Assembly: GCA_958009085.1 (NCBI GenBank)
Contig: OY253669.1
Span: 62,001-126,000 of the forward strand
Source of the DNA: Protoeuglena noctilucae
Lineage: Eukaryota
Length of the DNA: 64,000 nt
Direction: 5' to 3'
Of the stretch, positions 49,501 to 62,769 are shown one piece after another (the first letter of the stretch is position 1; every line of letters begins with the position of its first letter). Position numbers and translations under genes: made by a program. The notes beneath the pieces are model-generated. The model searched no databases, was not told the DNA's origin, and saw only the letters and a program-made list of their open reading frames with translations.

Positions 49501-52500
49501 GCTTGGGGAGGAGGAGGTGTCGGGGGAGCTGAGGACCGTGACGGAGTTCCCGAGAGTGGGGGGTGAGTGGGGGTGTGGGTGTGTGGGGGTGTGGGGGTGT
49601 GGGTGTGGGTGTGGGTGCAAAAGTGGGGGTGTTCATGGGGCTGGACAGGCTCTGTTTTCACTAAAACGTATTCTGTATCACCTCTGCTCGTCCAAACCCA
49701 CCCAATGTCACTCCTTAACCCACTTGCCCAACAAGCATGTACACCCTCATGCCACGCCCCCATTACCAACGCTCCCTTAACCCCGTCCCCTCTCCCTCCC
49801 CGCAGTCTCCACGGACGCGGCGCTCGCCTCGACCGCTGCATTCCCATCCACAGCACATTCCGCGGCGCAGTCCACAGCACACTCCACCTTCGAGCTGTCG
49901 GCCACTGGCGTTTCGCCCGACGCGGGCGCGCCGCCAGAAACGGGGCCGCTGTCGGCGTCGGGCGCTCTCCCATCGCTGCGGGACAGCTTTGCGGAGAGTC
50001 GATCCGCCGCGGTCAGCCGCAGCGGCTCGCGGGTGGTGGGGGTGCAGGGCGGAGTGAGGCCGGAAGATGCGGGGGCGGCGGCGGCGGGGGCAGTGGTGGC
50101 GGGGGTGGTGGGCAGGCCGGGGACGGCAGAGGTGAGGGGGAAGTGGGGAGTGAAGGGGTGGGGGACGATGGGGATGTTAGCTGGGTGCGTTCAGCGTCTT
50201 ACACCTACCCTTGCCCTGACAGCCATGCATGGAAGATGGAATCCAACTTGTTACTCAACTCAACCGTGTGTGACGGTCCACATCCCCCTCCCCTCCCCCG
50301 CAGCCCCGCCCTCCCTCGGCGCTCTCCCCCACGCCGCGCAACGCCTCGCCTCTCCCATCCGCCGCCCCTGCCATCCCCGGTGCCGCCATCGCGCCCGGCA
50401 ACGCACCCCAGGCGCACGTCCGCAGGCAGTTCATCGACCCTTACTCGGGACTGCCGCTCCCTGTGCAGTGGCGCGGCATCATGACTGGCATCGGGCTGTC
50501 AGAAACGCCGCCAGGCACTGCGAACGCTCTTGCGGGTGGCGCTGCGGGCCGCGCGGGCGCCGATGCTGGTCTGTCACATGCAGTGGTGGCTCATGCGACC
50601 GCTAGCGCTGCCGGGGTGACTGGTGGGGACAGTGGGGGTGACGGTGCGGGGGCGGCCGGGGATGCGGTGGACGGGTTCACGAGTTTCTGGCAGCCGCGTC
50701 TGCAGCCCCGGGCACCGCCGCGCGTCGAGGTGAGAGCCGGGGACAGGTGTGCGATGGGCGGTTGTGTGGATGTTTGTGTTTGGAATGCGAACAAGCCTCT
50801 CATGTGCCTCTCGCTTCCCACCCTCACCCACCACCCCCTACACTCCTCTGCCACCTTTGTCCATCCCCTTAGTGTCTCACCCACTCCGCCACCCTCACTA
50901 CCACCTCACACCCCTCCCCCTTCCCCCCCCCCCCCCCAGTCCCTCGTGCACCCCGCCACCCTCAAAGCCACCCGCCACCTCATGTCCCTGCCCAACGCGG
51001 GCAACATGCTCGAGTACCTCGCGTCCCCCGACTTCTTCGCACAACACGTCCCCAAGCTTGATTTGGGAGTGCCCGTCACGGGCAGGCAGGTCCCTCAGCT
51101 CTACCGCATGTTACACGACGTTGCGCTCATCTTCCACCTCAACCCCGCCAGGCTGCCGCAGGTGAGGAGCAGCAGGGATATATCTGGTTGGTTTGTTGTT
51201 ATTGCAACATTGCTGGTAGTGCTAGTGCTAGTGCTGCTACCCTTATCACTCTGCACGACCGTCGACAACAGCTTGGCGCGACCCGATGCTGCAGACACAA
51301 CGACGGATCTGGGCGTGACTCGTTCTCATCCATCCAACGCACACGCATATCTTCTCGTCCCTATCCGCAGGTGTACGTTCGCCCGATGCGATCGGCGGAC
51401 GTCTACTACCTCTGCCTGCCCATGTCCATGTCTCGCGCGACCAAGAAGATGCCGCCGGGGCTCAAGACGGGGCTACCGAAGGGGGACGCGCACGGAGCCG
51501 GCAGGGATCGATCGCCGGACCACCCGCAGCGGCAGGCGTCGCCGCCCCGCGCGCCGGCGCTGGCCGTGGGGGGTGCTTCTGGAGACGCCGCTGCGCTCGA
51601 GGGTCCCCCGGCCGGGCCGCACGGGTACGGGCCGCTCGCGCCCCCAAAGGCCGGCGGTAACCTCAACAAGATTCGAACCGAGGACGTCGTGGTCGTCCCG
51701 GACCTGGACCCGGAGGTGGCCGACCTCAAAGTCACTGGGCGCGGGGCGGGCGATGCGCTGTTCGGGCGCGCCCCGGGGGAGAACTTCCACCACTGCCTGG
51801 TCATTTCGAGCGGTCTCCTCGATCTGCTCGAGCCGGGGGAGGTCCGCGCGGCGCTCGCGGGGGCTTTGGTGAGCGGCAGCGTGGCGGGTCGTGGACGCGT
51901 GATTTCTCTTGATCTGGCCATCGCTGCGGTCGACCGACGTCGCATGCAGTTTATTTACGCTGTAAATATCATGCAATTGCTATCCTGCGTCCTCCCTCAT
52001 CTCCCGTCCGCTCGCTGTGACTTGTCCATTCTGACGTGCCAGCGCACGCCTCCCTCTCTCCCAGGTCCCCTTCCTGGCCCACCGGCAGCTGCACCAGGCC
52101 GAGGACGGCGGGCGCAAGAAGTCCGCGGAGGCGTCCGCCCACGCCCGCGACGCCGTCGTCATCAAGTGGCTGCCACAGGCGAGGGATCATGGCGATGCTC
52201 ACGTGCAGGCACTGCACCGTCAGGGTTGTTGCCGTATATCGGGACGTCCGTATCGGCACATCTCATGTGTTGTGAGAGCCTGTTCTCGACATTCTCTGCC
52301 ACTCTCTCTCTCTCTCTCTGACCCTCACTCTCGCCCCCTCTCCCCAGGTCGCCACGGCCGCCTCCCTCGCGGAGCTCTCCCCCCGCGTCCTATCCGACCA
52401 GGTCAACGACGGCATAACAGGCGACACGTACGGGGCGGTGGTGGGTCCGGCCATCGACGTCTGGCGCAGGGCCCACGGGCTCTCCGAGGACCGGGGGGCG

Positions 52501-53039
52501 CTCGCGGCAGCGCAGGTGACGGTTGGCATTGGTTGGCTCGGAAACTCAGGAAAGGAAAGAGTGGCTTTGAGACACGGTTGATGTAATAAATTGCGGATAG
52601 AAGGGTTACGATCCACGCCACCTTGGCATATGGAGTGCCGGTCATGGTAGCCATGACTCGCATCCCACCTTCTCCCCCACTCTCCTACCTTTCCCCCAGA
52701 GCGTGCCGGTCATCTCAACTCTTAATAAGTCTCCCCCACTCTCCCCCCCAGAGCGTGCCCGTGGTGGTCTCCGCGATGCTCAAGGCCGCGACCGAGAGCT
52801 CCGTTTTAAGCAACGAGCTCAACCCAGCCGCGTTGATGGAGCTCGCGGACCAGACAGACGCGCAGAGGGTAGAAGACAAATGGGACAAGGAGCCCTTCAT
52901 GCCCCTGACTGCGGTGGGGCATTCGATGGCGGTGCTGCGGGCGCGGGAGCTGAGGCGGTGGGCGGGGGGGGCCGAGTTCCGGGAAATGTTCCGGGACGTC
53001 AAAGCCAAGGTTTTTTTTCTGAGCGAGGAGGGGTGGTAA
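40917..53039 (+). CDS. Very large coiled-coil protein with a TSNAXIP1-like helical segment and a C-terminal degenerate M48-peptidase-like domain (~20+ exons)
   Basis: Heptad-rich exons at 43360-48440. VYKEKVKAD...LKAFTSQLFHLRYSVRSVA...FGLSCGLL at 49294-49560. In-frame joins checked through 49806-50131 and 50304-50729. M48-like segments VTGRQVPQLYRML...PQ|VYVR, LVISSGLLDLLEPGEVRAALA, WRRAHGLSEDRGALAAAQ, VVVSAMLK, HSMAVLRARELRRW. Upstream joins were not all checked. Confidence 0.6.
43522..43587 (+). repeat. (TG)n microsatellite at an intron 5' end
   Basis: Interrupted GTGTGT run directly after a GTGAG donor. Confidence 0.95.
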
Positions 53040-53375
53040 ATGATGGGATTGGATCCGGGGACCTGTTGGGGGGGTCGGTGCTGGTTGTTAGGGTTTAGAT
53101 GATGTGGTTGCGGATAGACATGTCGTCCTCTGCTTTTGTAGTGACGCGTGATGGCCGATGTAGCGCAAGCTCTGTAGGGCGTGCCTCAATTAGAAACTCC
53201 ATCCATGCCCTTCAAACGCATATAGAGCCCAACCAACATCTCGACACATGGCAACCGCACCGCACCCATCGCTCCACCCGCGCCCCTCCCGCACCCTCCC
53301 CATCGCAACAGCTGTGCCGATCATTGTCAACTATGTAGCATCAAATATCGACACACCAATCATTATCCCCTCTAA

Positions 53376-56300
53376 TCACTTCCCCTCTGCCTTTCCGTAC
53401 CGCTCCCACCCCTGCGCCTCAAGCGCTTGCGCCTTGCCCAGCACTGAGGAACAGAGAGCACAAGGGCGATACTCAATATATACAGTATCGATGTATTCAT
53501 AGAGCGTATGAATGAATGAGATTGACAGGTGCCACAACACAACACAACGCAACGCACCACAACACAACACACCGCAACACTCCAACGTAACCCAACACAG
53601 CCACCCCGTCCTCTCTCACCCGTGCTCTCCATGTCCGCCTGATATACCATCATGCTCTCCCCACACCTCATCCCATACACCACATCTCATGCATTCTTAT
53701 AACCCCACCTGTAGTCTCCCATGTCCGCCTGATAGGCCCCAACACAACACAACACCATAACTTCACGCAACAACACACTGCTCACCCGTGCTCTCCATCT
53801 CCGCTTGATACGCCATCATCTTGTCCCTCAATGTCTCGTCTGTCCCCGCCATCATCCGCACCGCCAGGAGACCCGCGTTGGCCGCATTGCCAATCGCCAC
53901 TGGGAGTGGAGGTGGAGCGAGTGAGTGAGTGAGTGGTGATGACGAGTGAGCGACGAGTGATGGTGCACCGTGAGTGCAGCACCTGTCTTGCTCAGCCGCA
54001 TACTCCCTCCCACATGCCCAGTCCCTCACTCACACAACATACAAAACTCCACCCCACATGCCCCTCTACTCCCCCTCTCACCCGTCGCCACGGGCACCCC
54101 CTTGGGCATGCACACGATGGACAACAGCGCATCCATCCCATCCAAGGGATACCCCTTGGGGATGCAGGGAACACCGATCACGGGCAGCGGAGTCATGCTG
54201 GCCACCATCCCCGGCAAGTGCGCCGCGCCGCCCGCCCCCGCAATGATGACCTCCAGTCCGCGAGAGTGGGCGGTGCGGGCGTACTCCATCATGCGGGCGG
54301 GGGTGCTGGGGGTGGGAGGAGGGGAAATACGGGTATGTATATGTGTAATGAATGTATATAGTGACTGCATATAGAGTGGATGGGCAGTGCAGTATGGGTG
54401 GCTATTGGGCATTGTCAATGCAACTCGGCAGACATGACCGTCACACTCAACACCACCCACCATGACCCATCCATGACATTTCATCTCTCCATCACACCCA
54501 TTCCACTTCTCCCACTCTCGACTCATCATCCATCTCTCCCTTCCCTCACCGGTGCGCCGACACCACCGTCACTTCGCACGCCACCCCGAACTCCCGCAGC
54601 ACCTCTGCCGCCCCCGCCATCGTGGGCAGGTCCGAGTCGCTCCCCATGATAATCCCCACGCGGGGGGCGCCGGGACTCGAACCCGCGACCTCTCGGTGCA
54701 CAGCCAGGCCCGCCTGGCTCGCCCGCGCGTCGCTCTCTCTCAGCAACGCCAGAGCCGTTGCGCTGATGTCCCCCAACCGACGCCGGGCCTCGTCGCGAGA
54801 CCCCGCGCTGCGAGCGGAGCGACGCATATCAAGCATATTTGATTGAGAAGAGGTCTCGGTTGGCGGTGGAAGCGGTGCGAGAGGGCCGAGCTGCTTTTGC
54901 ATTGTTAACACCCCCGCCCAACTCCAACCACTCTCCCACCACCCCGCATGTGTATATCCCACCCTTGCCCTCACCCCCACTTTCATCCCCACAGTCCCCC
55001 TCCCCACCTTTCAACCCCACCCTAACTAAACACCCAACACCCCACCCCGGACACCCCCCCCCCCCCCACCCCACACACACCCCCACCCCCGCTACCACAC
55101 TCCCCCCCCCCCCCCCCCCCCCCCCTCTCTCACCACACCGTCACGTGCCCGACCTTCCTCGCTTTGTTCACCCCCTCCTTCCCATACCAATGGAACTTGG
55201 CCCCAGGAGCCTCCAATGCCTTCCTCATATCACGATGAGCCGCCCTTACCCCCGCCTCGCCATCTGCCTCACCCAGGATGTTGAACATGATGGCACTGCC
55301 GCAGTGGAGGGAGGGGTCGCCCAGGGGCCAGCCGAGCACGGCGCGGAGGTGCTGCTCGAACTGTGGGTGGGTGGGAGATGGGGTGGTGGGTGGGGGGTGA
55401 GTGGGGGTGAGTGGGGTGACAGATGGGGTGGTGGGTGGAGTGTGGGTGAGGGACATTAGAGACGAACGCACAAGGGGTGCGGTCGGATAACCAACCCCTA
55501 TGATATCTGTGACTATCACCATAATCAAATCTCCACCATCACCCCCCTCGCATGTCTCCACCACCACCCCTCAATCAGTCACCAATGACCATCACCCCTC
55601 AGTCCATCACCTGCGACGTCCTGCACGCCTCGATCGTGTAGTGCCCCGAGTTGTGCGGCCTGGGCGCCACCTCATTGAGCAGCACAGTCCCGTCACTCAG
55701 CCAGAACATCTCCACGCCAAACACCCCCGCGCCCTCCAGGCTCGCCACGGCGCGCATCGCCACCTCCTGGGCCCTGGGGGGGGGAAGGGGTGGGGGTGGA
55801 TGGGGTGAGGGGAGATGGGGTAGCCACTCATGTCGCACCCGCCCACCCTTACATCCGTACATCGCATGCCCTCACATCGCCCATCGCCCATCGCAAGTGC
55901 CCCTCACTTGTCCGCCACTCATCCCACACCCCCACATCCTCACATCGCTCATCACATCACCCACATCCTCACATCGTACACCCTCACACCCCCACACACC
56001 CCCACCACCCACCCCCTCCCCCTCACTTGTCCGCGACCGCCCTCGGCACCGCGGCCGGGCACTCGGTGACGAGGCAGATGGAGTCGGCATGCACCGTCTC
56101 CACTAAGGGGAACGCCACCACGCGACCACTCCCCTCCCGCGCCACCATCACCGCCAGCTCCTTCACAAAGGGGGCCCACTTCTCTGCGTACAGGCCCTGG
56201 GCTGCGGGGGGGGGGGGAAAGGGGGTGTGGGGCTGTGTGGGGTGTATATATGGAGTCATTGTATGGATCGCCAATGCAAACCCTGGCAGCACTCACAACC

Positions 56301-58025
56301 TCTTGCTTACCCTCACCGTACCCCCCAGCTACACACCCACTCTCCCCCATCCTCACCGTACCCCCCCAGCTGCTCCACTCCCCTCTCCAGGTCCTCTGCA
56401 CTCCGCACGGCGTAGTTGCCACGGCCGTCATATGCCAAACGCTTGGCCTGCGATGTGGGACGGGATGATGAGATATGAATGACGGCATGGGGAGGCGAAT
56501 GGCGGTGTTGATGTTAATGCGTGCTGGTATTGATGGTTTGGGGGTGCAAGCATAGATGCGTGAGTGGTGCTTTGGCAGGTGGGTGTGGGTGGTGGTGCGG
56601 GTGCGGGTGCGGGTGCCAATGCTCCACCCCTCCCCTCGCCCATCAACCACACCACCCATCCACCCTCAAACACTCGCCTTGAGCATCAAAGGGAACCCAA
56701 ACTCCCCCGCCGCCTCCATCAGCGCCTCTTTGTCTGGGATGTCCTTGAATTCTGGCAGTGGCACGTTGTGATTGCGGAAGTGGACCTTCTGGGCATACTT
56801 ATCCTGAATAAAACTGGGGGAGAGGGAGGGAAAGAGGCAGCGATGTTACACGGTAGTGCACTGCTAATGACTGAGAGTGGCGCATGGTGTGGCAGCACAC
56901 TCCCCCATGCTACCCCACCCACCACATCCACACCACCCCCACCAACCCACCCCACATCGTCACCCCCCCCATCCCCCACCCCACCACCTCCCTCACCGCA
57001 GCGTGGCGGGCGCCGGGCACACGGGTACCCCCGTCTCTTTGGATGCCGCTTCGAGCGCATCCACATCCACATGCTCAATCTCGACCGTCAAGACGTCGCA
57101 CTGACGGGCCAGCTCCACGATCTTGGCGGGGTCGCGGAACGATCCTTTCTGGGGATGTAAAAGGGGGGAGGTCAAGGGATCGAATCTCGCCGGGAGGTGG
57201 AGAGGGGGCAGGGGGGGTAGACAGGAAGGGGCGCAGTCCGGCATTGGGCTTTAGTGTGCTGCAGAGAGGTATCAATCATAAATCCCTGCGCAGGGGGATG
57301 TGTGGCGCATCGCCGCATCATGCCGACACGCCGCGAATGCGAATGGCAGCGTCAGCGTTTGGCGGCGAATGGCGCATTGGCTGTGGGCAGACCCATGACC
57401 CCGCGCGGCCGTGGGTCAGAGCCGGAGGGTTCTTTTACATCTGCCGAATGCGAGAGAGATCGAGATGCGGGGAAATGCGCATGGTTGATTGGATTGGGGT
57501 CAGATGTATACAACACATGGCTCGCAGTCTGTTCGTCTCCTCACCAGTTGCTTCGCGGCCACCGCCGCGGGAGCGGGGTCGGAGGGGTCCAGGACGATCA
57601 CTTTGACGTCCATGTTGCCCGCCGCGAGCGCAAACATGCGGCCGAGCTGCCCCCCGCCCAGCACGCCCACCGTGGCGGTGCGGGGGAGGCCCCCGTCGCT
57701 GCGGAGAGCGCGCGGTGGATGACGCGGGTTTAGCTGGAGTCGGATTGCGCAAGGAGAGGCTCGCGCGGCGGGAATAGGCGACATCGCGCGAGGGGCAGCC
57801 AGCCGCCGCAAAGACCACGCACCTGACGGACTCGGGGGCAGACTCCGCGGCCCGCACGCGCAGCGAGGGGCGCGTTTCAGACGGATTCATACTCGCGAGC
57901 CGACGGGGAGCCGAACGGAGATCTCGGCGCAGCGCCTGCGCCCTCCACAGCGTCGGCACGGAGCGGATGTGGGGCGCCCGGCACTGGGGCAGGGCCTCCA
58001 GGGCGCGCAAGGAGCCCAAGCTCAT
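53376..58025 (-). CDS. ADE2: Bifunctional phosphoribosylaminoimidazole carboxylase (PurK-PurE, ADE2-like) with plastid transit peptide
   Basis: [121 protein letters not shown]. Confidence 0.95.
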
Positions 58026-59030
58026 CTCCGAATGTTACAAAACTTGACGCGGGACTATAGTGGGGTCACGCGCGAAGTGCGGGCGCGGGCGGCGGAGGGA
58101 AGGTGCGTCGGAGTGGCTGGCGCCGGTGCGCGCGTGCGTGGCTCGGATGGGCCCAGCGGGTCGACGAGCGGGACCGGGGAGATAAGAACATGGCAGGCAG
58201 CCTGCGTTACTGCAGAAAAAACGCCTCCGTCCGGCGCGCAGCGTTGCCCTACAGCTCATTCCTACATAAGCGCCGGCGAACCCATCGCGCCTCCTCTGTG
58301 CGTCAAAACTCCCATGATCCTCAGTCGTTGTAATATCTGACCATCCGTGTAGCGGGAGCCGGCGTTTGCATTGCAACTCATTCTTTCCCTCGCACGCGCC
58401 GTCTGGAGGAGGCCGGGAGCCGGGATTGGGCTCAGTGCGTAGCAACGTGTGGCAGCAACCAGCTCGCCAGGCCGCTGCCCCGCCTCCGCGTGGGTTCACG
58501 CGCGGATGAGACGCCCCAGCGCGGGACGGGGCTAGCACGGCAGTCCGAGCGTCGAGGGGCGTCATCCGGTGGCGTGCCCAGCTAGGGCTGGTCGACTCCA
58601 CAAGCGGCTGACGTCGCTTCTCGGAGAGGCGGGCCACGATGATTGTCGGTGAGCCCCGCGGCAGTGCGCAGCACCCTCGCTTCCACGCCGACGCTCTCGG
58701 GGTCCAGCAGAAATGCGAATGCATTCTTTACACTGTCCTTAAACGCATGGCAGACTTCCGCGTCGCGAGGTGTTCGGGCGCGGCTGGGAGCCCGGGCGTC
58801 GCAGCGTGCAACATGCCAGCCCCCCTCGCGCGGCCGCTGCGCGTTCCGGGGCTCGCGCGCGCCCGCCGTCTGTATCATTATTGGATTATTGCGCACAGTC
58901 GTCCTGGCCCCTCGCGGCTCCACCCACGACGCAAACCGGGGCTCGATGACTTGCCCCGCTGCCACGCACCGCGCGACGTCGCCCGTGACCCGCAGACGAC
59001 GGGCTGCACCGCGAAGTCAATACTAATTTA

Positions 59031-62000
59031 GCGAAGCAGCTGCTGACGCCCGTCACGGACGAGGAGCGCCTCCCCACGGCCCGGACGGGGCGCAAGGGAT
59101 GGGACCCCGAAGTCGTGGAGAACGCGGCGGCCACGGCGCGCATGGGTGAGCGAAGAGCGTTGGATTTTTTCTATCTACCTCGCAAACGAAGCCGGCGCCC
59201 GATGCGCGGACGCCGTAGATGAGCGCGGCGGGAGATGAGCGTGCGCGTGCGCGTGAGATGGGCGGTGCGTTGCCAGCTTCCCACGCCGCCCTCCTCGCCC
59301 GCGCGCAGCGAAAGCGACGGCGGCGGTGCTGAAGGCGGCCCGGAAGAAGCCCCCGCCCGCCACGGCTCCCGCTGCGGCCCCGACGGCGGGCCCTGCGGCA
59401 CCTGCCCCCACATCCCCAGGCCGGGGGACGCGCGTCAGCACTTCGCCCAACTCACGGCCTGGGTCGTCCCGCAAGCGATGGGGGGTCAGGCGAGTCGAGG
59501 ATTGGGCTCGCTAAGAGTGGGACTGGATGGGGTGTTGTCATGTGTGGAGGCAGGGGTGCGAGTGTCGTTTGCCGGCCACAGCTCGGTCTGTGTCTCTACC
59601 ATTAAGTCAGGCCATCGGGTCTCAGATACTCACTTATACTTGTAATATGCTCATCTATACTAATGCCATACTCCTGTCACTCGCAGCGTGGCCCAGCGCG
59701 AGTCCCCGATGGTCTCCCAGCTCAAGGCCCTTCGCACAGTGAAGCTGGAGAACGAGGACCGGAGGATCAAGGTGTTTCTGGCGAAGGAGGCGCAGTACAG
59801 GCGAGGAGCTCATAATATACTTGCACGCTATACCCGCACCCACCCGCTCTCTCCCCCGTCGCCCTCACACCCCACCCCTCCCTCACCCCTCCCTCTCACC
59901 CCCCACCCCTCACCCCTCACCCCTCACCCCTCACCCCCACCCCTCCCCTCCCTCTCACCCCTCACCCCTCCCTCTCACTTACCCACCCCTCTCACCCCTC
60001 TCACCCCAACCCCCACCCCTCACCCCTCACCCACCCCACCCCTCCTCCCTTAACAACCCAGGAAGATGAACGAGGAAAAGGAGGCGGAGGGCGACCGCCT
60101 GCGCCGGGAGTGCGCCGCACGTCGGGAAGAGCAATTCACGCAGTCGATGAAAGCGGTTGCGGACGGGATGGAGGGCCGCATCGCTCATCTGACGCTGGCT
60201 GACGAGCACGTGAGGTTTCAGGAGGAGTGGCGGAGGCAGAAGAGCCGGGAGATCCACGCCGAGTGGGAGCACAAGGTGTACGACAAGATTGCACAGGTGA
60301 GCAGTGGGTGGGTGGGGTGTAGTGAGCCAAGTTGCACAGGCGCACTCTCTCGTCCGCACCCACACACACACACTCACTAACACCCACTCACTCTCATCCC
60401 ATCCATCACTTTGCCCCAACTCCAGAAGATCAAGGACGAGTCCGACATGCGTCACACCGAGCGCATCACACGCAGCGGCCTGGGGTTCGCCAGGCCACTC
60501 TTCAAAGACACCTACCGGCCATCAGCGACCACGAGGTCGTCCAATGCCAAGGGGTGAGGGGGGTGGAGAGTGGTGGGTGGGTGAAGCACAGTTCTTTGCA
60601 CAGCACGATTTTTCGATGAGAAGGGGTGAGGGATGTGGATGGGAGGTGGGCGAACATTGTTTGCGCAGTGTGTATTTGTGTGTTTGGAGAGTATACACAC
60701 CCATAACCACCCACCCCCACCGCACACCAACCCTCACCGCGCACCCCTCCCACTCTCTTCCCCCCCCCCCAGCGCCCGCGACCCCGCCGTCACCCTCCCC
60801 GACCCCATCCGCGTGGATGTGGTGGTAAAGGATCCCATGAAAAAGGAACTGGTCAAGACATTACGCGAGAAGCAACTCTTGCAAAGCTTGTTGAGAGGTC
60901 ACATGGAGCGTGATGTGGATGTGGTGGCGCTGGGGAGGCTGTTTGAGGTGGATCGCGGTGACAGGCTGGATGTGGCCTGGTGGGACAAGGTGGACTCCAC
61001 GCCCTACGGGTACACGGTGGCCGAGAAGGACCCGGGTGAGTGGATGGTGATGATGGGTATAATACATATATTATTTGTTGTATGGTTAATGGTTGACAGT
61101 ATATGTAACGAGTGATTTCTGTGATGGGTACACGGTGGCCGAGAAGGACCCGGGTGAGTGTGGCTGGGGACGGTTATTGTGTAAAAGTTGATAATGCTGG
61201 TGGTAGATGCTAGAATTAAGGATAGTGGATGACATTAATGAGGTACACCCGCCCCCAACCCCCCGCAGCCCTGAGCCGCATCACTCGTTCAGCCGTCAAG
61301 GTGGATCACTGGGACTACCCCCGCGGCGCCGAGGGCAATACCTACGCATTGAAAGAGCACAAGATGGGGGCGGCCAAGCGTCGGGTGAAGGCGCCAACGC
61401 GGATGGTGGGGGCGACGTTTGCGGACGTGGTGCAGCAGACGGACGGAGGAGTGAGCCACGATGAGTTGAAACGCATGAACAGGACGGCAGGTGAGGGGTG
61501 ATGGGTCGGGGGGTGATTGGGGTGGTGATAGTGATGGTGGTGGTGATAGTGATAGTGATGGTGATAGTGATGGGGGAGTGAGCCACGATGAGTTAAAGAG
61601 GATGAACAGGACGGCAGGTGAGGGGTGGTGAGGGGGGTAGCAACAGGGGTGGTTGGACCTATTAGTAATATCCAAAATTCATATCTAATAGTTCTATCAA
61701 CTATCACCCCCCAATCTTCCAGGCGACTGGTGGCTGGAGGCCAAGGGCAAGCGCGCGATTACAGGCGTGGAGGCCACGCTCTCCGATCTCTATCAAGTGG
61801 TGCAGCCGGAGGGGCGGGTGGGGGAGTCTGCGATGGTGAAGCGTGATCTGTGGATTGAAAGGAAGGGGAGGAGGCACGTGCCGGGGCCGGAGCAGAGGCG
61901 CAACCGGAGCAGGCGAGGAATGGGGTGGGGGTGTTGAGGGGTGTTGAGGGATGGGGTGGGCTGTCGTACACAGCTGCAACCCCAGGCCCTTCCTTAACCC

Positions 62001-62574
62001 TCATAGCCCCTTCCCCATTGCTAAACCTGACCTTAAAGCCTCAAAGCCTCAACCTCACCCTCACACTAACCCTCCCCACCCCCCTCTCTCCCCCCAGCCT
62101 GTTCCCGATCGTTCAGCCCGCCGGCCGCATCCCCGACCCCTACCAGGACGGCAATGCCCTGGGAGATGCCTTTTTGGAGCAGATATGGTATCAAGGTCGC
62201 AGGGCACTGCAGCCGCCCCCCACGCTGCCGGGGGAGACGCTGTGGGAGACGCTGCACCACCACGAGCCGCCCAAGGTGAGATGGGGTTGATATTGATAGG
62301 TGCGTGGTTTAATACTGATAATGGTTAACAGTGGTTGGTAGCGGTCTGTTTGGCGTAAGCTGCACGGTCATTGCGTGCGTCAAAACAAAGTGTTTCCTTT
62401 CCTTTGCAGGGCTGGAGCACGCAGCCTCTCCCCAAGCCCAAGCCAGGCCGCGTGGACTTCAGCGCCACGGCACAGGGCACGGGTGCATTTGCAGGAGCAA
62501 GTACAGCACATGCAGGGGCATTGGGTGTGATGGGGACGCTGGATGGCAGCGTGACGCTCAACCCCGACGCCTGA
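59031..62574 (+). CDS. Uncharacterised multi-exon protein with a weak FAM228-like segment; start not resolved
   Basis: Coherent spliced exons (e.g. EAQYR|KMNEEKEAEG..., RQKSREIHAEWEHKVYDKIAQ|KIKDE, KDPMKKEL, WDKVDSTPYG). The family resemblance is from memory only. Confidence 0.5.
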
Positions 62575-62769
62575 AGCACGAAGCACACAGCAGCGAGGGG
62601 AGGGGCTGACTTGACACTACTAAGTTGCGTGAAACGCGTTCAAAGGCGACAACACCAACTCCGTAAATGTATCAGATTAACAGGGCATGACATGGTGGAC
62701 TAATATTCGTTGCGTCAGCCCAGGCCCTGCAAACCCCCACGTCACAACTGCAACCGCTCCCACACTGAC

